A stretch of 62,761 bases of DNA, the filler included, from Pirum gemmata (taxonomy: Eukaryota): assembly GCA_002812295.1 (NCBI GenBank). It is 16 parts of 16 records of this genome, joined end to end, with 100 filler letters (N's around TTAATTAATTAA, not from the genome) between each part and the next. Parts side by side here need not be neighbours in the genome. Positions count along the whole stretch, not along the records: positions 21,364 to 26,011 come from PDIN01002523.1; positions 26,112 to 31,827 come from PDIN01002524.1; positions 31,928 to 36,365 come from PDIN01002525.1; 13 more parts are not named here. The stretch is one strand, 5' to 3'. Under the pieces are notes generated by a model. The model saw only the letters and a program-made list of their open reading frames with translations. It made no database searches and had not been told where the DNA came from. Position 1 is the first letter of the stretch. Every line of letters begins with the position of its first letter. Both the position numbers and the translations under genes were made by a program. This document shows positions 23,712 through 34,011 of this stretch, piece by piece.

Positions 23712-23903
23712 ATCATGCTTTTCAGTTGTTTTGTCATCATAAATTATACAATAAAGAGTACAGAATTAATACAATAAAACTCCATTTCATTTAATTTGGT
23801 ACACTTTGTTATCTATTTATTCATTTTTAAAAATGACAATTTAAATACTATAACCAACCAAATAAATATATTCTGTTTGCCAATATAAATGAAAAGCACA
23901 ATA
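23712..23903 (+). mobile_element. MITE family C (about 190 bp)
   Basis: TIR ATCATGCTTTTCA...TGAAAAGCACAATA; more than 10 copies in the window. Confidence 0.85.
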
Positions 23904-24097
23904 ATACATTAATTATTATGATGTATAATATATTTTATATGATATGTATATATACATATCTATCTGATACTTAAGCTATATTAATAGCTACTGGTAGCTA
24001 TACCTACTACTAGTGACTATCTATCATAATTATGAATTTATGATATCATACGCTATCTATTATCATAGTAGTACAGGTCTACATAGGTCTACATACT

Positions 24098-24226
24098 AAA
24101 GGAGCGTTCAAATAATACGTTACGTCAAGGAGTAGGTAAGTAGGTGGTATTTGACCGGAAATTAACGTCGAGGGGAAAGTAGGCAGGGGTATTTGAAGGG
24201 TATACCGGAAATTGGCATAATACGTA
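24098..24226 (+). mobile_element. Short repeat family E (TIR AAGGGAGCGTTCAAATA), partial
   Basis: Homologous to 31195-31363 (inverted) and 44152-44250. Confidence 0.75.
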
Positions 24227-24605
24227 GCTTGCTTTTTTTTATAAAAAATTAAATAGACTAGCTAGACTAAATTCAGATGAGATGTCCCAAAACTCCCAAA
24301 GACTCTCTAGCTAGCTAGCTAGCTAGCTAGGACCACTTCTACCCATCATATCATAGTATAGGCTCACATAGCTAGTAGCGTGGTTATTTTAAATTGAAAT
24401 ATAAATTATTAAACACGCCAAGTTAATTAAATTGTATCAAATAAAATTGATATTGTATTTATTACTGCGCATTCTATTATGACAAAATAACTAAAAAGCA
24501 AGATAACTGTAACGTATGATAGTCGTATGATACTGCTCCGCTTTAGAAAAGATAAAAAAAAACTACGCATGTAGTACCTGATACTATTATTCATAGCTAG
24601 GCTAG

Positions 24606-24826
24606 TAGGGGTGAGATGACGTCATTTTATGAACAGCTACCGGAACTTTTCCGATTTATGGTTTTTATTACTATTAATGTTAATATTATTACTTTAATTG
24701 GTATCTACTATAATTAAATTTACTATTTTAAGTTATTTAACTGCTATTATTAGTAAGAAACACGGAACTAGGGTTGGCTCGATAAGTATCTGTTCGAAAA
24801 AAGTTCCAGTAGATATCTCACCCCTA
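24606..24826 (-). mobile_element. MITE family A, full inverted copy
   Basis: TAGGGGTGAGAT...ATCTCACCCCTA termini; reverse complement of 4906-5132. Confidence 0.88.
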
Positions 24827-24907
24827 CTGCTAGGCTCTTTCTAGCTACTAGACCGGAATCAAGTAAGACTGGGACCCTCTACTAGACTACTAGCTAGCTA
24901 GCTGGGC

Positions 24908-25082
24908 TTCTGCTCAAACCCGAAAACTCGAATTTCTGCTGTCAAAAAAAAAGCCAAAATTCAGCTCCGTTCGAAAAAAAAAAATTTCATATTTTTCGAG
25001 TTTATTAATAAATAAATATATTTAAAAATACTTAATTGTAAGCTTGAACATTTCGAACTTATTTAATATATAGACTCGAAAC
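24908..25082 (+). mobile_element. MITE family D copy (3'-truncated)
   Basis: TTCTGCTCAAACCCGAAAACTCGAATTTC...ATAGACTCGAAA, as at 16841. Confidence 0.8.
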
Positions 25083-25145
25083 TGGGAACTGGGTCACTCT
25101 GGCTGGGTCAAGTAGACCTATAGAGTAGACCTAATATTCATATCA

Positions 25146-25315
25146 TATCGTGCTTTTCAGTTGTTTTGTCATCATAAAGTATACAATAAAGAGTACCAAA
25201 TTGTTACAATATAAATCCATTTAATTTAATTTGGTATATTTTATTATATATTTATTTATTTAAAAGTATCAATTTAAATATTATAAACAACCAAATAAAT
25301 ATTCGGAGTGACAAA
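25146..25315 (+). mobile_element. MITE family C copy
   Basis: Starts TATCGTGCTTTTCAGTTGTTTTGTCATCATAAA; the 3' TIR is lost. Confidence 0.8.
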
Positions 25316-25552
25316 TGATAGTATGATTACTAGCTAGTAGTAGTAGAAGACAGTTAGAACTTAGAAGACTAACTAGCATTTCTACTGGCCTTTCTAGGGT
25401 CAATTTTACTAAAGGTCAATTTTAGTGAGCTAATCAAAACTATCGGATACCAAAAGAATGGAAAGGAGTCGGAAATGAAACCCTTTTTAGGCATTTATAT
25501 ATGTATTTGGTATTGATGCTATCATATCCAATTAAAAAATTAACAACAACAA

Positions 25553-25615
<63 letters not shown>

Positions 25616-27190
25616 GCTGTGCCTGAAAGTGGCTGAAAGAAGTCTGAAAGAAGTGCTGTATCAAATAAGGTATTCACTCTACAATATGAGTCTACAATCT
25701 CTACATACATGATACTTCTACTTTCTAATTGTCTACAAGTGCAAGTACAAACAATTCAAAAACGTTTTCACAATAATTTTCAGCTTTCGAATATAAGTAA
25801 TATAATAGATTCTTTTAATTTTTAAAATAGATTTGAAATTTTCAAACATAAAAAAAAAGGAAGCATCATGAGGTATAGAGCCACGGTTTAGGCCTTTTTT
25901 TTAAAAAAACTAAAACCCCACACATGTTTATATAGAGATATATTCTCGGAGATATATTGTGCTTTTCATTTATTTTGTCACTCTGAATATTTATTTGGTT
26001 GGTTATAATATNNNNNNNNNNNNNNNNNNNNNNNNNNNNNNNNNNNNNNNNNNNNTTAATTAATTAANNNNNNNNNNNNNNNNNNNNNNNNNNNNNNNNN
26101 NNNNNNNNNNNCAAATTAATACAATATAAATCCATTTAATTTAATTTGGTAAATTTTATTATCCATTTATTCATTTAAAAATGTCAATTAAAATATTATA
26201 ACAAACCAAATAAATATTCGGAGTGACAAAATAAATGAAAAGCGCTGTAATAATAATAATAATAATGAAACAAATGTTAATGCTGAGTATTTTACAAAAC
26301 GTTAACTATTAATATTAAATTTTATTATTGACGTTTTTGTTGTTCTTATTGTTTTTAATTAATTAAATAATTAAAACGTTGAAAGTGTACATAATATATC
26401 AAATAATTATTACTATAATTATATTTTTTAAAAATCAACAACAATAACATTAATTAATTAATTAAGTATTATTTAAATAATAATTTTAATTTAATTAAAT
26501 AATTATTTTAATTAATTAAATAATAATTACACAATTGTGGCATTCTTTTAAGTGCATAGGGACTAAATTATACGTTAGAATACTCTACCTACCCCCCCTT
26601 CAAGGCCATCTAGTTTTATACTTTAGGTATAAACCTCCCTTTCCGTACTATAGTGTTATTAATTAATAAACCTAGTAGATATTATATTATATTATATATC
26701 GTTACGTGGCCCATGGGTTAGGGTTAGGGTTAGGGTTATCAATTAAGGTTAGCGTTAGCGTTGTAATTAGCGTTAGCGTTAGCGTTGTAATTAGCGTTAG
26801 CGTTAGCGTTATAATTAGCGTTAGGGTTAAGGTTAGCGTTATAATTAGGGTTATAATATATACATTTCAGTTGTTTGAAAAGTACTAAATATAATATGAA
26901 ATTAATACACGTTTGGCTAAATAAATTAAAATTTGTTAAATTTTTTATTTGTATTATATATTAATAATATAATTGTTTGCTGATCTAAAAGTTAGTAGTT
27001 GATTAATTAATATTGTGTAATGTTTATTTTAATTTTTCATTTTATTATTATTATTATTATTATTATTATACATTTAATTAATGTTTATTGTTTATGTGAG
27101 CTAATTATAAAACAATAAACTACACTTACTTAAAAATATAAAACACAACTAATTAGCAACTACACCTAATTTAAAAAACTATTGATACGG

Positions 27191-29028
27191 TTATTTGCCT
27201 TTTTGTAAACTATTGATATCGTTACTTAATTCACGATTTTCATTTCTAGTTTCTTCTAATTTTTTGTTCAAAATATCTAATTTTTGTTGTGATATGGCCA
27301 TTTCTTGCATATTTTGTAAGTTTTGCTTCAGATTTTGTATTGTGATTTCTTGAAATCTGAAAAATGGATCCGAGTATGTAAATTTTATTTCCCTCTTATT
27401 TTGAATTTCTTCAGTTGAAATTTGTTTGTTTGCTTTTTCTGCACATTCTTCAATAATTAACTTTACATTATTTATATTTAAAACTTTTTCGTTAACACAA
27501 TATTTTGCCTGTTCTAATATTTTTACAAGTTTTTCCCGTTCATATCGTTCTCTAATGCCTATGACACGCATGTTTTCATTTCCATTCATACTATTAAAGA
27601 AAAAAAAAAAAAAACAGTCAATTAATATCATATTTGTATTCAACTATATAATAATAATAATAATAATAACATATTTAATAATGTACAACAAAATAAAATG
27701 AATAAGCTGGTTAAAGATAATGTTTTACATTTATAATTATAATAATTATAACTTACGTTTCCACTATGTTATTCAGGATCCCCAAGTACTCCGTTCCACT
27801 ATATGATTTGTCATCTGAACTATCAACTTGGTTATAGATTGTCGTTTGAATTTCTTTTACAACTTTCAAATACTTTTTTGAAAAATTTTTTTTATAATTT
27901 AGCATTTCTGATTCTCTTGGTAAAGCCCAGATAGAAATGGTGGTGAAAGCTTCTCTAATCGGCGCATACTTAAGCCAAACCTTCTTATCTTTAACTTCGT
28001 GTTCCTCTTCGAAAAAAGGAAATTGGTCACGTAGTGTTTTTATGCCATCATCAAACCGTTGAACAACCAAATGTAAATGACCATGTTTTGATATTCCACT
28101 ATCACCCTTGATAAAAAGAAATAGATTATATTGGTAAGGAAAAATTCAAATATAGTAATATAGTAATATATATATTACATAAGTAAATAAAAATAAATGA
28201 ACAAAAAATAGGTGTTAATTAATCGTAAATAAAATTAAATAAACAAAAAAACTGAATATTGTAATTCATCATATTCTTTAATACCTTACTAGCTATTAGT
28301 ATAAAAGCAATTCTTTCCAATTCCTTATTAATATCAGCAGGTGAGAAACTCATAAAATTTAAGATGACTACTTTTGAGGTTTGGATAAAAGAGAGTGCTA
28401 ATCTATTATCATATTCTTCATTTCTAGAAGAATCTCTTATTTTTAAGTTGAAGCCTTGCCCTTCGCTATCAACAAAAAGTACATTTTTACCTTTAGGTGT
28501 GACCCTTGTTTTGTTCGCTACCATGGTTCCTACAGTACATGGAGTCGATTCCATATGAGAAGTCTTAAATGATCCGAGATTATCATCAGCTAAAATACTG
28601 AGCAAAGTGGATTTTCCTGAACGAGCGATACCTATTAATGTTATAATTGATTAAAATCCATTTTAATATATTTTACTACTTTCATTAATACTAATAATGA
28701 TCTATTAGTATTACTATTATTATCGTCATTATCATTTATTATTAAAAAACAAGTCTAATATACAATGAAAAATTTTTTTACCTAGAACAGTTATCTGTTG
28801 AAAATTTGGTAAGCTCGCATTTGAGAGTCTTTCTTTTACATTTTCCGAAATACTGAAACTAAATTGTTCCTGATCATTAGAAAAGTTCACTTCTATTAGT
28901 GATTGTGCGGAACATGGTAATGGCTTTAAACGTGATGTTTTGAATTTTTCTACGAAATTCCAATTCCAATTCCAAAAAAATCCATGGCATGATTGAATAA
29001 ATAACCCAAGCAAGAGTATGATTTTCAT
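27191..29028 (-). CDS. Guanylate-binding protein (GBP)/atlastin-family GTPase, 4 exons (29028-28782, 28631-28285, 28106-27757, 27590-27191), about 447 aa, with an N-terminal signal-like peptide
   Basis: GT-AG introns of 150, 178 and 166 nt with consistent phases (1, 0, 2). Splicing rebuilds the P-loop ITVLG|IARSGKSTLL. G2 PCTVG, G3 DSEGQG, then a helical/coiled-coil C-terminus. Confidence 0.88.
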
Positions 29029-30191
29029 TTTTTTATTTTGCCTGTTTGTTTGTTTGCAATTGTTTGTTTTTCTAAAAAGATTGATAATTGGCGTTATTAA
29101 ATATTATTATTAAAAGGAAACTAATATGTTTTAGTAAATAACTCGATGTTATATTTCTTTTATTATTATTATTATTATTTTTTTTTTTTTTTTTCTTCAT
29201 TTTATATGGTTTTTGCACATCTTTTTNNNNNNNNNNNNNNNNNNNNNNNNNNNNNNNNNNNNNNNNNNNNNNNNNNNNNNNNNNNNNNNNNNNNTTTACT
29301 ATTTTATTAAAAAAAAAAGAACAAAAAAAATTATATTATACAAATTTAGAATACGAAAATAGAAATATTTTTTTGGAATGTCAGAGAAAATTTTCAGATT
29401 TCAACTAAGAGCAAAATATCAAAAAAGCTTGGGACCAAAAAAGTTTTTGTTGTCAAGTTTTTGGTGTCAATTTTATAGTAACTGTTATTATTAATGTTAT
29501 TATTATTATTAAAATTATTATTATTATTAGNNNNNNNNNNNNNNNNNNNNNNNNNNNNNNNNNNNNNNNNNNNNNNNNNNNNNNNNCAAGGGCCGAAAGA
29601 CCCACATTTGGTTCCATATATATATAATATATAATTATACATCATAATGATGTATAATATTATAATACCATACAGTCTTTTGGGACTTTTGGGAAAGTTT
29701 TTTTGAAAGGTATTTGCGAATGGTGCCAATCCATTCGCCGTGAGTGAGTCATTTTTGCAGTACTCTTGCACACTACTTTTGCACACTTCCCTTCAGATAG
29801 TCTACATATATGTCTACATTATTGCCATAACAAAGTCATAATAATATTATACTAATATTATGTATAGTCAGTCATAGAAGTATATTTTTTAAAGCCTGGT
29901 TAATGATTAATATTTTAGCATATGCATATTTTAGAGCTCAAGGTGTTAGGGGTATACTATATATATTAGAGAGCAGTTATTAGTTTAGGGGTTCAGGCCC
30001 TTCAGGGTTATATTAATTAATATTAATAATTAGGTCAAGGTTTTAGCTACTATATCATTATATAGCGTTAGGGTTAAGGTTAGGGTTGGACTAGAGTCAG
30101 GGACAGGGTTAGGGTTAGGGTTAATTATTGTTATTGTTAGGGAGTGTTAGGGAGTTGAATTACAGGGCATTAATATCAACTGGGTATATTA

Positions 30192-30427
30192 TAGGAGGGA
30201 TGACATCCCCTTTGGCAGAAATTTGGAGATAGGTTACAAAAGGAATTGAGATGGCAAAAAATTATTACTTAAAATAGATATTTATATCCTTAAAATAGTA
30301 GTTTACTATATTAAGTATTACTATTAATAGTTATAAGTTAACTTTTTATAGTAATTTAAGTCAAATTTTCAATTTTTGCCGTACCGTAGGTTGGTATTAG
30401 TATTATGACGTCATGTCATCCCTCCTG
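30192..30427 (+). mobile_element. MITE related to family A (TIR AGGAGGGATGACAT)
   Basis: TAGGAGGGATGACAT...ATGACGTCATGTCATCCCTCCTG; shares its terminus and some internal similarity with 57552-57793. Confidence 0.75.
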
Positions 30428-30517
30428 ATATTATAGACATAATATTATAGACTAGTTATTCAATCTATTAGACTACCTATTAGACTACGATATAGACCCG
30501 GGTCTATAGACTATCGA

Positions 30518-30682
30518 TATCGTGCTTTTCAGTATAAATAGTACCAAATTAACATAATATAAATCCAATTCATTTAATTTGGTATATTTTATTATCTATT
30601 TATTCATTTAAAAATATCAACTTAAATATTATAACTAACCAAATAAATATTCAGAGTGACAAAATAAATGAAAAGCACAATA
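30518..30682 (+). mobile_element. MITE family C copy (small internal deletion)
   Basis: TATCGTGCTTTTCA...TGAAAAGCACAATA. Confidence 0.85.
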
Positions 30683-30783
30683 TATTAATATTTATAACTC
30701 ATATGAATATATCTACATAATAGATAGATAAATAAATATGATTAATAAATTTAATAATACGATAGACTAGTATTAATTAACAG

Positions 30784-31049
30784 AGGAGGGGTGACACCTA
30801 TAAAAATCCTATAAGTAAATGACCCCTTAATTAAATTGGTACTAATTCCGCAACCCGCAGCCATTTACTTATTCCCAATTAAGTAAATTGTAAACCAAAA
30901 ATAGTATAAAAGTTGCTTTTTTTGGAAAAGTCTTAGTGTAGTAACTTAAGTCACTTTCAATAGTTTATTTTTTACTATAAAGAGTAAGCCACAGTCGCAG
31001 CGGAAAATGAAAATTTAATAGTCATATTGGAGGGGTGCCACCCTTCCTA
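30784..31049 (+). mobile_element. MITE family G (about 270-290 bp, TIR AGGAGGGGTGACACC)
   Basis: An inverted homologue lies at 59942-60228 (shared AATTCCGCAACCC.CAGCCATTTAC etc.). Confidence 0.82.
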
Positions 31050-31194
31050 TTTTAATAGTCTACTATCAAGTCTTGGTGAATAGTTCTATAGTATAAGTGT
31101 TCTATATATTATCATAATATTATGATAGTCTCATAGGGTTAGGGTTAGTTAGGGTTATCGAAGTGTTATCGATATCGATAGTTCTTTCTAAGAA

Positions 31195-31363
31195 TTCAAA
31201 TACTGTTCAAATACTGCGTAACACTTGCGTAACGCCAATTTCCAGTCAAATACAGCTTCAAATACCCCTACCTAGTACCTACCTACCCCTCGACGTTAAT
31301 TTCCGGTCAAATACCACCTACCTACCTACCCCTTGACGTGACGTATTATTTGAACTCTCCCTT
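31195..31363 (-). mobile_element. Family E copy (inverted)
   Basis: Ends TATTATTTGAACTCTCCCTT; internal CCTACCTACC and TTTCCGGTCAAATAC. Confidence 0.78.
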
Positions 31364-32148
31364 TCTGAAAATCTCCTCATGAAAATCTCTGAAAAAGCAA
31401 GAAAGTTAGGACTTAGGAATTTCAAATTTTCAATTCAAGAAAAAAAAGTTTGTGACCAATGAATATAAGTTATTTTTGTCATACATTACAAAAACAAAAC
31501 CACCCATCCAATAAATGTTAGCAGAATTACAATCCATTCAACAATTAAAAAATTCCCTTTTTTGGAAAAATATTTGGGCTCCTGTTTTTTTTTCTTTTTT
31601 TTTCAAATCAAGCCAAAGCACATTTCGAAACTATTTTGAGAGTTTTCGAGCATATTTAATAATATTAAATTTTATAAAAGTTTATTTATTAGAAAAAACT
31701 TGTAAAATATACTTTTTTTATTTTCGAGTTTCAAATCTTCTTCTACAAGAAATCTATGTATGAAAAAAAAAAAAAAAATTGAAAATCTCTGAAAACCTTG
31801 GATAAAAAAAAAAAAAAAAAAAAAAAANNNNNNNNNNNNNNNNNNNNNNNNNNNNNNNNNNNNNNNNNNNNTTAATTAATTAANNNNNNNNNNNNNNNNN
31901 NNNNNNNNNNNNNNNNNNNNNNNNNNNAAAAAAAAAAAAAATAATATCTTGATATTTTTTTTTTTTTAAAAGAGGCCAAGTATTGGCATGCCAGAGTCAG
32001 CCAGACTCAGAGTAAAAAAAAGATGGGAGCTAATTTTATTCTCTATGAGCATTGGCTGATGAGGAAAAAAGAAAAAATAATTGCCAGAAAAAATGGGAGG
32101 ATCCTATATATTACTTAATTAAGAAGTCCAGGTGTCTTAAAAAAAAAT

Positions 32149-32222
32149 AGGGTTAGGGTTAGGGTTCTGGGTTAGGGTTCTGGGTTAGGGTTCTGGGTTA
32201 GGGTTCTGGGTTAGGGTTAGGT
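32149..32222 (+). repeat. Telomere-variant repeat (GGGTTAGGGTTCT)n
   Basis: A 13-bp unit repeated four times within a TTAGGG tract. Confidence 0.8.
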
Positions 32223-33058
32223 TTTATGGTTTTATATTATTAAATAATTATGATGGGAAGAAAAAGGGTGTTTATGGATATTGCAAAGTAAAATTAGTAA
32301 AGTTGAATCATACCTCTATGCTTTCAGTACCCCTCGACGTAACCTGAAAAAAAAAAAAAGTGAAGAGTCACCTTCAACTTTCTGTATGCGTCTGAAAGGG
32401 CTACTTTTTGAAAAAATACAAAATGAGAAATGTATAGACGTGTTGGCAAATTTTGATATAAATTTATTATTATTAGTTATAAATAATAATGAACTTTATT
32501 TATCACTTGAATTAAGTGATGGTAATTCATGTTATTAAAATAAATAGAATACTGTCGATTATCACTTAAAGTGATCAATAATTTATAAACTCATTATTAT
32601 TAGTTATTGTTATTCCAAAATAAATAAAATTTAATAATAATGACTTTATTTATTAATATCACTTGAATAAATCGCTATAGCTAGTCATTATAATGGTATT
32701 AATTAATAAATAGAATATTGAATACTATCGATTATCACTATCAAATCAAAATCATAATTAATTAACAAAATGTGTCAAGACTTCGATTCTATTATCATTA
32801 TTATTTATTACTATTACTATCAATATTACTATTATTATAATTTATTATTATTATTCTTATTATTCTTATTCTTATTATTATTATTATTANNNNNNNNNNN
32901 NNNNNNNNNNNNNNNNNNNNNTTAACAATAATTAATAATAATTAATAATAATAATAATAATAATGATAATAATAATTAATAATAGTATTTTCTTTTATTT
33001 CTTTTCGTTCTATTTCTTTTACCCTTCCTCTTTTCAGCTATTTTACTATCAATTCTTT

Positions 33059-33394
33059 CTCTCCTTTCAAACACTTCTTTTCTTCTTAATTATAGCAAGT
33101 AAGTTAAGAGTAGATATTAATTAAGAAGAAAAATAGTAAATAGTATTAGAAAGGAGAGTTTCATGTTTTAGTTTTTGGTTTTTAGTTGATTAGTTTTATT
33201 ATTGTTTGAAGTAAATAATTGTATTAAGAGTTAGATATTAAGAAGAAAAAGTATTAAATATTATAACAAGTATTTGAAAGGAGAGTTTCATTTTTTAGCT
33301 CTCCTTTCAAATACGTGATAATATTTGCTACTTTTCTTCTTAATAGCTAACTCTTAACTTATAATCAATACAATTATTTACTTCGAACAATAAT
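33059..33394. repeat. Double foldback: four alternately oriented copies of a CTCTCCTTTCAAA...TTCTTCTTAAT unit
   Basis: Arms at about 33198-33285 and 33299-33394 pair around a 13-nt loop; a second hairpin spans 33059-33157. Confidence 0.8.
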
Positions 33395-33404
33395 ATTAAA
33401 AGGA

Positions 33405-33487
33405 TTAGGGTTAGGGTTAGGGTTAGGGTTAGGGTTAGGGTCAGGGTTAGGGTTACGGTCAGGGTTAGGGTTAGGGTTAGGGTTAGG
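33405..33487 (+). repeat. Interstitial (TTAGGG)n
   Basis: About 13 units with TCAGGG variants. Confidence 0.88.
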
Positions 33488-34011
33488 AAAATGATACTGG
33501 AAATGATGGAGAGACAAGATATTCTTGTAATTGCTGATTATATTAGAAAGTAAACTTGGAGTTCACGCACGGTGTGTTCAGTTTCCACTACTAACTTGAC
33601 TACTAGTTCCACGACTAGCTAGACTACTAGTATCATAGGTTCTTTAGAAAGAGTTATAATTTAGCTATATTGTAGGGTTTTAGCGGGAAGCAGTGGGAAG
33701 CCTAGACTTCATTTAATTAATAATCATCTTCTGGCGAGCGCCGGGGTTCCAATGGCGAAGCCCTAGCAGCTCTGGGCAGCCGGAGCACCCTAGTGTCAGG
33801 ATAGGACAGTTACGTCAGCTTTTTATAACGAAGGAAGCTGTGCGTGTGTGACGGTGTGTCTGTTTGTAAAAAAGTGCCAATATATAATATTGAACTCATG
33901 TTTTGTGAATTCGTGACGTTGGCTAATTTAGAGTATCATGAGGAATTTATAATGTGTTAGACAACAATACTAATAACTTAATTTAAAAATTATTTATTTT
34001 ATGAAGAGATT

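Noticed and set aside
29394..29786. 130-aa ORF spanning an N gap
   Set aside because: Non-ATG start, crosses a gap and low-complexity DNA, and has no recognisable motifs.
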